From assembly GCA_030606485.1 (NCBI GenBank), contig JAUWGH010000001.1, positions 390,001-422,000 of the forward strand: DNA of 32,000 nucleotides, written 5' to 3'. This stretch comes from Promethearchaeota archaeon. GTDB lineage: Archaea; Asgardarchaeota; Lokiarchaeia; Sigyniarchaeales; SOKP01. The position numbers and the translations under genes were made by a program. The notes beneath the pieces were generated by a model. That model saw nothing but the letters and a program-made list of their open reading frames with translations, did not search any database and was not told the origin of the DNA. This document shows, in pieces, positions 1 to 9,039 of this stretch (the stretch's first letter is position 1; each line of letters starts with the position of its first letter).

Positions 1-3000
1 CGTTTAAGTTCCTCTTGTTCAACCTTTTTTAACCGAACCTTTCTAATCAATTCATGAATCGAATCAACAGGATATTGTATTTTACTTAAAAGAAGCACGG
101 CATTTCGATATGCATTAATTGCCGGCTCAAAATTCCCGATTTTAGTTAAATCCTCCGCCTCATCCAATATCTTAAATGCTTCCTCTCGTTTTTGCTCACG
201 ATATACTTCTATCTTCTCGCGTGTTTCGATTGCTATCTTCTTCACCATCATCTTCTTTCTCTCAAGTGCTAACTGACGAGTAATCTCTTTTTGAAATGTT
301 ACCTCCTCTAATTGCCTATGAATTTGAAGTTTTCTTTCTTTCTGTAATAACTCCTTTTGTTCCTTTTGTTTCAATTTAATTTTCTGTATCATTTCTTTAA
401 CAGCATGTGAGGGAAATTGAATTTCACTTAAAATAATATCAGCTTGACGATAAAGCTCTAAAGCTTCATCAAAATTTCCACGTTTTGTTAAAATCTCCGC
501 CTTATTCATTACATCAAATGCTTCAGTACGCTTTTTTTCTCGATAAGCAAGTAATCGTTCTTTAGTCTGAGCCGCGATTTTTTTAACAAACATTTTTTTC
601 TTTTCTAACTCAATATTATGAGTAATTCTTGCTTGAAATTCTCTTTCTTCACCTTCATGTTTAACCGCTAATTCCTTCTGTCGCTGTAGCTCTTGTGTGA
701 TTTCAATCTTACGTCTATTTAAATTTTCTAGTGTATCTTGGATTACCCTAAGATAAGGGCCTTTCCAGCCAATTTGATTAAAAATTTCTATTGCCGATTT
801 GTGAATTCTAATAGCCTCATCTAAATTTCCTTCCCTTATATGCTCATCTGAACTCTCGAGCATTTTCAATGCTTCTTCTTGTTTCTTTAATTTCTGCTCT
901 GATAAGATTTTTTTCTGTTCCTGAATATATTGCGCAAATTTAACTTTCTCTTCTTGCTGACTTTTGATTAAAGCAATTTCATGCTGAAATTCTCTTGCTT
1001 CTTGTTCCCTTTTGATAGATTCCTCTCTTACTATTTGTTCCCACAGTTCTTTATCTTTCTTTTGTTGCTCAAGTTTGCGTATTGCACCTTGAATAAGTGC
1101 CAACTCTTCTGTCCACCGAATTTCAGCAAAAATAATCGATGCCTCATGATATTTTTCAATCGTAGCATCTAAATCCCCCCTCATTATTAACATCTTTGCT
1201 GCATCTAAAATATCAAAGGCCTCATTTTTTCGATTTTCACGATATTTTACTTCAGCTTCGTATTCTCTTAGTCTAATTTGACCCTCTCTTAACTTTTCAC
1301 GCTCCGTCCTTAATTCTTCAGCAATCATATCCTGAAATTCTTGGGTTTCTTGCTCACGTTTCAATAATACCTCTCGAGTCTTCTGTTCCCATAATTCTCT
1401 TTCCTTTTTTTTATTCTCAAGTTCTCGAATCGCATTCTGAATAAGTGCTAACTCATCATCCCATTGAATTTCTGCAAAAATAATCGAAGCTACTTCATAT
1501 TTTTCTATAATATCATCAAAATCTCCACTGATTGTCAATTTTTGAGCTTCATCTAAGATCTTAAATGCTTTCTCCTTTTGTTTTTCGCGATATTTCACTT
1601 CTTTTTCATATTCTCTAACTGTAATCTCTTTTTCTCTTAACTTCTCACGTTCCTCTCTTAATTGTTCAGAAATTTTATCCTGAAACTCTTTCGTTTCCTT
1701 TTCTCTTTTTAAAGCATCTTCTCTTTCTTTTAATTTTAGAAGTCTCATTTCTTTCTTTCTGTTTTCAAGATCTCGAATAGCACCTTGAATGAGTGATAAT
1801 TCATCAGTCCATTGAATTTCTGCAAAAATCATTAATGCCATGTAATATTTTTCTATGGCAATATCAAAATCCCCGCGTAATGTGTATTCTTCTGCCTCAT
1901 CTAATATTTTAAAAGATTCAACCTTTCTTTTCTTCCGATATTCAATCTCTGTTTCATATTCCCTAATTTCGATCTTTTTCTTCTCTAACTTTTCCCTTTC
2001 TTTTCGAATCTGTTCGGCAATTGTTTTTCGAAATTTTTCATCTTCCTTAGCACGCTTAACTTTTAATTCCTTGGCTGTCTCCTCATTTTTCAAAAATTCA
2101 CTATATTTATGTTGAACCGTGTTTATTGTAGTTTCAATTGTCGCAATTTGATCAGCCCAACCTATCTCTCTAAAAATATCACGTGCCTTTTTATAATTTT
2201 TAATTGCCTTTTCATAATTGCCTTTTCTTACCAATTCATCGCCTTCATTTATTACATTAAAAGCTTTTTTCTCTTTTGCGTGATCCATTTCCCGTATCTT
2301 TTCAATCTCTTTTTGTTTTAGGGAAATTCCTTCTACTTCCTGTTCTGCTTGAATCTTTTCATGCTTTTTTATAATTTCTTGGAATTTTAAATACTCTTTC
2401 TCTCGAGCTTTTTTCTCCTCGAGAACTTTCTGTTCATTTTCTTGTCTCCTTCTAATATCCGAGATGAACTTATATATTGGCTTAACATAATCAGTCCATC
2501 CTATTGATTGTAATAAATCTATTGCTCCATTAAAATTCTCGATTGCCCCATCATATTGTTTCTCTCGTTCAAATCGTTTTGCAATATCAATCATCTTAAA
2601 AGCTTCTTCTTGAATATGCTCTTCATGCTTTTTTCGTTCTTCAAACTCTACTATTTTCTGCTTTTTAACTTCAATATCTGCTTTTGCTTTTACTGAGATT
2701 TCAGGGATTGGTGCAGTAACCGCTGCTTCTTTTGCTTTAATTTGCTGTGCTTGCAACTTTTTATAATTTACTCTATCTTTATTTATCTTATCAATGATTT
2801 TATTAATATGAACTAATTGATCAGCCCACCCAATAGATTCTAAGAGCTGCCCAGCCATACCATACTTTTCCATGGCTTCATTAAATTCCTTGACCTTTAT
2901 TAAACGCTCACCCTCATCCATCAATTCAAATGCTTTCTTTTGAACCTCATCCTCACGTCTTTTCTTCGCTTCATATTTCATTATTACTTTTGATTGTACG

Positions 3001-3890
3001 TCCATAATTTCTGGAACTATTTCTTTCTGAGGAGCTGTTTCCGAAGTAACGGGTTGGGGTGTAGCTCTAGCAGCTTGCTCAACTTTCTGACCTTCCACTT
3101 TTTCAAATGCTACCCTCTGCCTTTCAACCGAATCAATATCGCTATATAAATAAGACAAATTCTCGTCAGTCCATCCAATAGATCTCAATAGATCTAAAGC
3201 TTCGAGATATTTTGATTTTGCTACATCAAAATTCTTTTCCTCTAAAAGCTTTTTACCCATATCAATCGATTCAAAAGCACGATTTTGTATATCCTCTTCC
3301 CTTCGTTTTTGAGTCTCAAATTCCATTCGTAATTTACTCCGTTTATCAAGTCCTGCAGGAACAATTGTTGTTTCCGGAGCTCCAAAAGACTTTTCAACCT
3401 TGATGGGTGCCTGTTCAGCCCGTAATGCTCTTTGATGGGCCATAATTTGTTGCTGTTTGAAGATATCCACTAATTTTTCAAGTTTTAACTTGATTTGTCC
3501 TAATAAACTCTCATCCCATTTAGCCTGTTCCAATAACTTTATAGCTGATGAATAACAAGATATGGCTTCTTGATAACGACCATCGACTTCTAAAGACTTT
3601 GCTTTATCCAAAAAGTGGAATGCTTCATCTCTTAGACCAGAAAGCTCAACTTCGATTTCTTTTCGCTGCAAAGCCTTCTCTTGTTGAGTCACTTTAGTTA
3701 AATGTACTATTCGCTCATTTATATCATCAATATGAAGCGATAATAATCCACTTAGTTTTAATAATTCAACAGCCTTTGAATATTCTTCAATAGCTTTTGC
3801 CCAATTTTGCTGAGACTCATATTTTTCGGCTAAGTCTAAATGCCGAACTGCCTCCTCGGCTAATTGCTGGGGTGATGGTTTCTCGAACAT
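1..3890 (-). CDS. Giant MIT/TPR-like helical repeat protein, >1296 aa, 3'-truncated by window edge (absent from ORF track)
   Basis: ATG at 3890 preceded by AGGT. Translates MFEKPSPQQLAEEAVRHLDLAEKYESQQNWAKAIEEYSKAVELL... No stop found in the stretches translated by hand (1-600, most of 600-1930, 2280-2400, 2640-2760, 2880-3120, 3300-3890); still open at position 3. The motif AF..LD.A..L...G.F..AI..Y..A..IF..I.W recurs in one frame. Confidence 0.9.
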   Translation of the reverse strand, partial: MFEKPSPQQLAEEAVRHLDLAEKYESQQNWAKAIEEYSKAVELLKLSGLLSLHIDDINERIVHLTKVTQQEKALQRKEIEVELSGLRDEAFHFLDKAKSLEVDGRYQEAISCYSSAIKLLEQAKWDESLLGQIKLKLEKLVDIFKQQQIMAHQRALRAEQAPIKVEKSFGAPETTIVPAGLDKRSKLRMEFETQKRREEDIQNRAFESIDMGKKLLEEKNFDVAKSKYLEALDLLRSIGWTDENLSYLYSDIDSVERQRVAFEKVEGQKVEQAARATPQPVTSETAPQKEIVPEIMDVQSKVIMKYEAKKRREDEVQKKAFELMDEGERLIKVKEFNEAMEKYGMAGQLLESIGWADQLVHINKIIDKINKDRVNYKKLQAQQIKAKEAAVTAPIPEISVKAKADIEVKKQKIVEFEERKKHEEHIQEEAFKMIDIAKRFEREKQYDGAIENFNGAIDLLQSIGWTDYVKPIYKFISDIRRRQENEQKVLEEKKAREKEYLKFQEIIKKHEKIQAEQEVEGISLKQKEIEKIREMDHAKEKKAFNVINEGDELVRKGNYEKAIKNYKKARDIFREIGWADQIATIETTINTVQHKYSEFLKNEETAKELKVKRAKEDEKFRKTIAEQIRKEREKLEKKKIEIREYETEIEYRKKRKVESFKILDEAEEYTLRGDFDIAIEKYYMALMIFAEIQWTDELSLIQGAIRDLENRKKEMRLLKLKEREDALKREKETKEFQDKISEQLREEREKLREKEITVREYEKEVKYREKQKEKAFKILDEAQKLTISGDFDDIIEKYEVASIIFAEIQWDDELALIQNAIRELENKKKERELWEQKTREVLLKREQETQEFQDMIAEELRTEREKLREGQIRLREYEAEVKYRENRKNEAFDILDAAKMLIMRGDLDATIEKYHEASIIFAEIRWTEELALIQGAIRKLEQQKKDKELWEQIVREESIKREQEAREFQHEIALIKSQQEEKVKFAQYIQEQKKILSEQKLKKQEEALKMLESSDEHIREGNLDEAIRIHKSAIEIFNQIGWKGPYLRVIQDTLENLNRRKIEITQELQRQKELAVKHEGEEREFQARITHNIELEKKKMFVKKIAAQTKERLLAYREKKRTEAFDVMNKAEILTKRGNFDEALELYRQADIILSEIQFPSHAVKEMIQKIKLKQKEQKELLQKERKLQIHRQLEEVTFQKEITRQLALERKKMMVKKIAIETREKIEVYREQKREEAFKILDEAEDLTKIGNFEPAINAYRNAVLLLSKIQYPVDSIHELIRKVRLKKVEQEELK
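72..3750 (-). repeat. Intragenic tandem repeat, about 12 units of mostly 110-117 aa (exact 348-nt period in the core)
   Basis: Conserved Trp (or equivalent) codons at plus positions 72, 414, 765, 1113, 1461, 1809, 2157, 2496, 2826, 3171, 3516, ~3744. Spacing 765-2157 is exactly 348 nt; the most N-terminal spacing is only 228 nt. Confidence 0.85.
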
Positions 3891-4062
3891 TTAAAAATAC
3901 CTTGATTTATGAAATAATTTAGAAAAAATAATTATCTTAGTTTAAGAATAAATAACTCCGATAATATTAATATTTTAAATCTTGAATATTTATTTTTTAT
4001 AGTAAAAAACTAATCACACCGTTTATAAATTTAATAGTGCAAACAATTTTAACGATGAATCG

Positions 4063-5019
4063 ATGATAAAAAACAAAACAATCTTAATTACTGGAGCCTC
4101 TGGTTTTATAGGCTCACACCTATCGGAAAGGTTAATCGGAAACGGAAATTTCTTGATTCTAATTGATAACTTCAATGAATATTACTCCGGTAAAGAAAAA
4201 AATTTGCTCGATTTAACTCAAAAATATGAAAACGGGAAAGACTTCATTTTAATTAAGAAAGACCTCAGAGATGATTCTACTCTACAAGAAATTGACCATG
4301 ACATTGATATAATATTCCATATAGCGGCTCAAGCCGGTGTACGCTATTCAATTAAACACCCAATAGAAGTAATGGACAATAATATCAAATCAACTATTAA
4401 ATTATTTGAATTCTGCTTAAATAAAAACATAAAACAAATTGTAAATGCCTCCTCCTCCTCCGTTTATGGGAATCCAGAATATACCCCCGTAGATGAAAAT
4501 CACCCCAAAAACCCAATCTCACCTTACGCCGTATCAAAACTATGCTGCGAAAAATATGCCGAGTTTTACTATAGATTATATGGATTACCAATCACTTCAC
4601 TACGCTTTTTTACAGTGTATGGCGCCCGCCAACGCCCCGATATGGCAATTCGAAAATTTTTTGATTTCATCCTTAATGACCAAGGAATAACCATATTTGG
4701 GGATGGAGAACAACTTAGAGATTTCACGTACATCTCAGATATAATTAATGGAGTAATCGCCGCAGGAGAAATACCAGATGCAGTTGGAGAAGTGTTTAAC
4801 CTCGGCTGCTCGAGTCCGATAACCGTAAATGAATTAGTCGATCAAATGTATTCCATCGCAAGTAAACAGAAGAAAATTCAATTTATTGAGAAACAACTGG
4901 GTGATGTCGATATCACATACTCTAACGTCGAGAAAGCGAAAAAAATGTTAGACTATTCACCAAAAATAAAAGTCTCTGAAGGATTAAAACATCATTTTCA
5001 ATGGCAAATTAACTTTTAA
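4063..5019 (+). CDS. NAD-dependent epimerase/dehydratase (extended SDR), UDP-glucuronate 4-epimerase-like
   Basis: GASGFIGSHL, HIAAQAGVRYS, ASSSSVYG, YAVSK (YxxxK), RFFTVYGARQRPDMA, FGDGEQLRDFTYI. Confidence 0.85.
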   Translation: MIKNKTILITGASGFIGSHLSERLIGNGNFLILIDNFNEYYSGKEKNLLDLTQKYENGKDFILIKKDLRDDSTLQEIDHDIDIIFHIAAQAGVRYSIKHPIEVMDNNIKSTIKLFEFCLNKNIKQIVNASSSSVYGNPEYTPVDENHPKNPISPYAVSKLCCEKYAEFYYRLYGLPITSLRFFTVYGARQRPDMAIRKFFDFILNDQGITIFGDGEQLRDFTYISDIINGVIAAGEIPDAVGEVFNLGCSSPITVNELVDQMYSIASKQKKIQFIEKQLGDVDITYSNVEKAKKMLDYSPKIKVSEGLKHHFQWQINF

Positions 5020-5032
5020 TCAGAAAAAAAGA

Positions 5033-5329
5033 CTAAAAAATTTGTTTTAAATTCTCATAACCTTCAAGTAAATCTTCTTTACTTATCTTAGATTTAATTC
5101 CTAAATCTATGATTAAATCCATGAATTCTGATAACGGAATATTTGCAAGATATGCAGCCTTTCCAATTGAATACTTGCCCTCAGCATAACCTTTTATCGC
5201 TAAGTATATACTTCCATTAGTGATTAAATCCCTAATTAGATCTGATTGTTCTGCTTTTTTTATTTCTGAATATCTTTTGATAATCTCTTCCAAACTTTCA
5301 TTAATTCTTACAGATATAACCCTACCCAT
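5033..5329 (-). CDS. UPF0175-family antitoxin-like protein with N-terminal ribbon-helix-helix-like segment
   Basis: GKYSIGKAAYLANIPLSEFMDLIIDLGI matches the UPF0175 pattern; N-terminus VISVRINESLEEII...SDLIRDLI is RHH-like; GGAGGT SD lies inside the end of the upstream gene. Confidence 0.8.
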   Translation of the reverse strand: MGRVISVRINESLEEIIKRYSEIKKAEQSDLIRDLITNGSIYLAIKGYAEGKYSIGKAAYLANIPLSEFMDLIIDLGIKSKISKEDLLEGYENLKQIF

Positions 5330-5332
5330 TTT

Positions 5333-5851
5333 TTATACCTCCATATTTTCTATTCTATTTTTAAATTCTAAAATTGGCTCCTCTTTATACCATCCAAATT
5401 CTTGCAATTTTTCAAATTTTAACAAAGATATATTTTTTGAAAGTTTCTTTTTTGAATATGATCGTATAATAAATAATGGAGTCGTAAAATATTTAATCTC
5501 AAGAATTTTACAAACTTTTAATGTTCTATAGTCATCAGTTCCTAATAGCTCTGCTTTTCTTTCTAAGTATAGAATAATTGCTTCTGATTCACCTTCATGT
5601 ATATTAAAATCCTTCATAAGTTTCTTTTTTTCAGTTAAATTCTTTATATTTTCTACTATTATTTTTCCATCACTAATTTTTTTATCAATTAAAAAGGCAT
5701 CCATTTTTTTAAATTTTTTTCCTTTCTCAACAGATTCAATATAAACTGCTTGAGGTATCATTACACTCCCAAATGCTTCAATTAATAAATCCAACATCTC
5801 TAATTTTGATATAAGTATTAATATTGAAGAATCGCAAATTACAATAGTCAT
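5333..5851 (-). CDS. DUF3368-type PIN-domain protein (putative VapC-like nuclease toxin)
   Basis: ICDSSILILISK, VMIPQAVYIE, HEGESEAIIL, LLGTDD: acidic PIN residues retained; 3 nt upstream of the UPF0175 gene. Confidence 0.8.
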   Translation of the reverse strand: MTIVICDSSILILISKLEMLDLLIEAFGSVMIPQAVYIESVEKGKKFKKMDAFLIDKKISDGKIIVENIKNLTEKKKLMKDFNIHEGESEAIILYLERKAELLGTDDYRTLKVCKILEIKYFTTPLFIIRSYSKKKLSKNISLLKFEKLQEFGWYKEEPILEFKNRIENMEV

Positions 5852-5867
5852 CTAATAATTTAATAGA

Positions 5868-5893
5868 GTATACATTTATAACTTTTTGTATAC
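5868..5893 (-). promoter_or_regulatory. BRE/TATA promoter of the TA pair, flanked by two GTATAC palindromes (putative operator)
   Basis: Minus strand reads AAAAGTTATAAA about 24-35 nt upstream of ATG 5851; GTATAC at 5868-5873 and 5888-5893. Confidence 0.6.
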
Positions 5894-6051
5894 GACTAAT
5901 TTAAAAATTAAATGGATTTTGAGATAATATGTATAAGGAAATATTAATTAATGGTTAATAGTTCATTCAAATCACTCTCTTTAGTAAATTTTTATCTTTC
6001 CTTTATTCAAAAAGGTAAATTTATAATAATAACAATGATTTTTTCAATTAG

Positions 6052-7026
6052 GTGATTTTGATTTTGGATTTAGAAGGCACAAAAATTTTAGTGACTGGTG
6101 CTGCGGGGTTTATCGGCAGCAACTTGACCGATACATTCTTAGAGAAAGGAGCACATGTAATTGGGCTTGACAATTTATTCAACGGTCGTATGGAAAATTT
6201 AGGGATTGCGCTTCAAAATCCGATTTTCACGTTTCATAAGGCAGATATCCGTGATTATGATTTTTTATTAGAGATCTGCAAGGATATCGATATCATTTTT
6301 CATGAAGCCGCTTTTACGAGTGTTCCCCAATCTGTTAAGATGCCAATTTCTTGTAATGAGGTGAATGTCGGTGGTACGCTCAATATTTTGAATGCTGCAA
6401 GGGTTCGGGACGTGGAAGCCATCATTTTTGCCTCGAGTTCGTCGGTTTATGGGGACACACCGACCTTGCCGAAAAGGGAAGATATGAGTCTTATCCCAAT
6501 TTCTCCTTATGGCGCAGCAAAGTTGGCATGTGAAAAGTATCTTTATACATATTATAAAGTTTATGGTTTAAACACCATAGCGTTAAGGTATTTCAATGTA
6601 TATGGCCCAAGGCAGAAGGATTCAACGTATAGCGGGGTTATACCGATTTGGCTGGGGCGGATATATCGTAATGAAAATCCAATTGTGTTCGGAGATGGAG
6701 AGCAGCGCCGGGACTTTACTTATATTAAAGATGTGGTGGATGCAAATTTGCTTGCTGGGGTAGCGAAGAATATTTCAGGCGAGGTGTTCAATATTGGAGC
6801 GAGTTCTCCGATTACGGTAAATAAACTTGCAGTTATTATGAAAAAAGTATGCGGAAAGGAGCATTTAGGGATTGATTATACGGATCCCAGGCCGGGTGAT
6901 ATTCGAGATAGTTTTGCGGATATTGTAAAAGCGAAGGAAATTTTAAAATTTGAGCCAAAATTTAATATTCAAACAGGGCTTGAGGCTTATATTGAATGGT
7001 CTAAAAGTAGAAATTTTGCTCTATAA
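6052..7026 (+). CDS. NAD-dependent epimerase (extended SDR), WbpP-like UDP-GlcNAc/UDP-Glc 4-epimerase
   Basis: GAAGFIGSNL, HEAAFTSVPQSV, ASSSSVYG, YGAAK, RYFNVYGPRQ...YSGVIPIW. True start may be TTG at 6058/6064, with GGTGA serving as SD. Confidence 0.85.
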   Translation: MILILDLEGTKILVTGAAGFIGSNLTDTFLEKGAHVIGLDNLFNGRMENLGIALQNPIFTFHKADIRDYDFLLEICKDIDIIFHEAAFTSVPQSVKMPISCNEVNVGGTLNILNAARVRDVEAIIFASSSSVYGDTPTLPKREDMSLIPISPYGAAKLACEKYLYTYYKVYGLNTIALRYFNVYGPRQKDSTYSGVIPIWLGRIYRNENPIVFGDGEQRRDFTYIKDVVDANLLAGVAKNISGEVFNIGASSPITVNKLAVIMKKVCGKEHLGIDYTDPRPGDIRDSFADIVKAKEILKFEPKFNIQTGLEAYIEWSKSRNFAL

Positions 7027-7040
7027 TAAACACGCTTAAT

Positions 7041-7574
7041 TTAATTTGGTAGATAGCCCATTTTTTTTAAGGATATTAGAATTGTATTTTTACATTCTTT
7101 AATCGTTTGTTTATCGGTTTCAATAATAATATTAGGATTATCTGGTTCTTCAAAAGGATGATCGATTCCCGTAAAGTTTTTTATTTCTCCGGCTCTTGCT
7201 TTTTTATACATTCCTTTTGGATCTCTCTGTTCGCACACTTCTAAAGAGCATTTCACATATACCAAAATATAATCTCCGATTTCTTTCCGAGAATATGCTC
7301 TGATTTTATTATAAGGTGAAATAAAAGAGCAGAGCACGGCTACCCCATTTCGCGTTAATAATTTTGCGACAAATGTAACTCTTTCGATATTCATATTTCG
7401 ATCTTCTTCAGTAAATCCAAGATCTTTGGTTAAACTTTTTCTAACAATATCGCCATCTAATCTTTCTACTTTCATTCCCGTTTTTTTAAGTTCCTCTGCA
7501 ACAGTATCAGCAATCACACTTTTTCCGGAGCCCGAAAGTCCGGTAAACCATAATGTAAATCCTTTATGTTCCAT
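7041..7574 (-). CDS. cysC: Adenylyl-sulfate (APS) kinase
   Basis: WFTGLSGSGKS P-loop, LDGDIVR, DLGFTEEDR, RDPKGMYKKARAGEIKNFTGI. Confidence 0.96.
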   Translation of the reverse strand: MEHKGFTLWFTGLSGSGKSVIADTVAEELKKTGMKVERLDGDIVRKSLTKDLGFTEEDRNMNIERVTFVAKLLTRNGVAVLCSFISPYNKIRAYSRKEIGDYILVYVKCSLEVCEQRDPKGMYKKARAGEIKNFTGIDHPFEEPDNPNIIIETDKQTIKECKNTILISLKKMGYLPN

Positions 7575-7599
7575 TTTTTTATCTACAAATTTATAAATT

Positions 7600-8991
7600 T
7601 TAAAATTCTATAATTTCTCCCTCTAAATCTTTAGGGATATCAACACCTAAAATATTCAGGGCAGTTGGTGCAATATCCAAAATATTTTGAGTTGGTAATT
7701 TTTTACTAATTTTTCTTTTTGGATCGGAAATAATGAATATTCCATAATAATCATGAACCGCATCATCGGGACCCGTGTCATTCTCATCAAGATACATTGT
7801 ATCATACCCTACTGTTCCTGCCGATCTCCAATTTAAATCATCAAAATAAACCATTAAGTCGGGTGCATCTCCTCGAATAGTATCATATAACTCCTCAGGC
7901 TTAAAAACCTTAGTATCCATAGAATTTCCTTTATCATCTTTTACATTTTTTAATAGATTAGCAATTTTTTCCCGCCATTTTTCATATTCTTCTGGTTTAA
8001 TAATTCCATTAGGTTCCCTTCCTTTAACGTTCAAAAATATTCGAGCGTAATAACCTCCCCAACCCCACGCATAAGTTTTTCCCCAATCAATTTCAGCATC
8101 TTCCAATCGAGTTCTTGGTTTTGGATTATTTTTAAATTTTAAGAGTCCAAGTTTTTCGAGCGCCATATTCACACATAGGCATCCTTTCATCGCTTTTGCT
8201 CCATGGTCTGAGACGATCATAATTGTAGTATTCTTCTCATCAATTAACTCTAAAATTTCTCCAACTTGTTTGTCAAGAAATTTATAAAAATTTTTTATTG
8301 CACTTTCAAACATATTACCCGGTTCATATTTGTGATGTGATTTATCGTAATATTTCCAAAAAGCATGATGAAGTCTATCCAATCCAATTATTACAAAATG
8401 GCAATAATTCCATTCTTTTGTTTTAATTAGATATTTAACTGTATTGAAGTGAATTTTGGTCATTTGGTATAGATCAATTAATAGCTGTTCTTTAGCGTTA
8501 GTTCTAAATTTTACGTCTAAGATATAATCTCCGACATTTTCACTTATTTCTTTCTTTAATTCAGGAGGATAAGTAAATTCTGATAATGTATCTGGTGCAA
8601 TAAATCCTGCTACAAGACATCCATTTAATGGTTTTACAGGATAAGTTGGAGGGATTCCTAAAATAATAGATTTTAATCCTTTTTCACTGATAATCTCCCA
8701 TATTTTTGGTTCAATAATAATCTTTGAATTTGCAACCCAATAATCTGTATAGGAGTTTTCTTTTCGATGGCGGAATCCGTAAATTCCTAATGTTCCCGGT
8801 TTTTTCCCAGTAACCATTACCATCCAAGCAGGAATAGTAATTGGGGGGTCGGAACTTCTCAGCTTTCCATAGGCTCCTTCGGCTACCATTTTCTTTATAT
8901 TAGGACAATCATCAAGAAAGTCTTTAAATAAGGTTTTTGGAGCTGCGCAATCGAGTCCAATAATCATCAATTTTTTATCGTAATTTTTCAT
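7600..8991 (-). CDS. Alkaline-phosphatase-superfamily enzyme (type I phosphodiesterase/nucleotide pyrophosphatase-like)
   Basis: GLD14 metal ligand, PPIT52 nucleophile position, DRLHH, SDHG and C-terminal HD ligands; no CxPxR sulfatase motif. Confidence 0.88.
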   Translation of the reverse strand: MKNYDKKLMIIGLDCAAPKTLFKDFLDDCPNIKKMVAEGAYGKLRSSDPPITIPAWMVMVTGKKPGTLGIYGFRHRKENSYTDYWVANSKIIIEPKIWEIISEKGLKSIILGIPPTYPVKPLNGCLVAGFIAPDTLSEFTYPPELKKEISENVGDYILDVKFRTNAKEQLLIDLYQMTKIHFNTVKYLIKTKEWNYCHFVIIGLDRLHHAFWKYYDKSHHKYEPGNMFESAIKNFYKFLDKQVGEILELIDEKNTTIMIVSDHGAKAMKGCLCVNMALEKLGLLKFKNNPKPRTRLEDAEIDWGKTYAWGWGGYYARIFLNVKGREPNGIIKPEEYEKWREKIANLLKNVKDDKGNSMDTKVFKPEELYDTIRGDAPDLMVYFDDLNWRSAGTVGYDTMYLDENDTGPDDAVHDYYGIFIISDPKRKISKKLPTQNILDIAPTALNILGVDIPKDLEGEIIEF

Positions 8992-9039
8992 TATTTAACT
9001 AGTCCAAATGGTTTAAAATCGATATTAAAATTATAGTAT

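Noticed and set aside
981-3403. Plus-strand ORFs 981..1172, 1855..2115, 2109..2321 and 3212..3403
   Set aside because: Antisense shadows of the giant minus-strand gene; their F/S/L-rich composition simply mirrors its E/K/R codons
1-3890. Spectrin-repeat assignment (about 110-aa period, conserved Trp)
   Set aside because: About half of each unit is an almost purely charged spacer, which does not fit a spectrin three-helix bundle; only a loose topological analogy
4397-5531. Short ORFs 4397..4591, 4493..4690 and 5220..5531
   Set aside because: Overlap well-supported genes in other frames or strands and carry no motifs
7600-8991. Formylglycine-dependent sulfatase
   Set aside because: No C/S-x-P-x-R motif; the nucleophile position is Thr as in NPP-like enzymes
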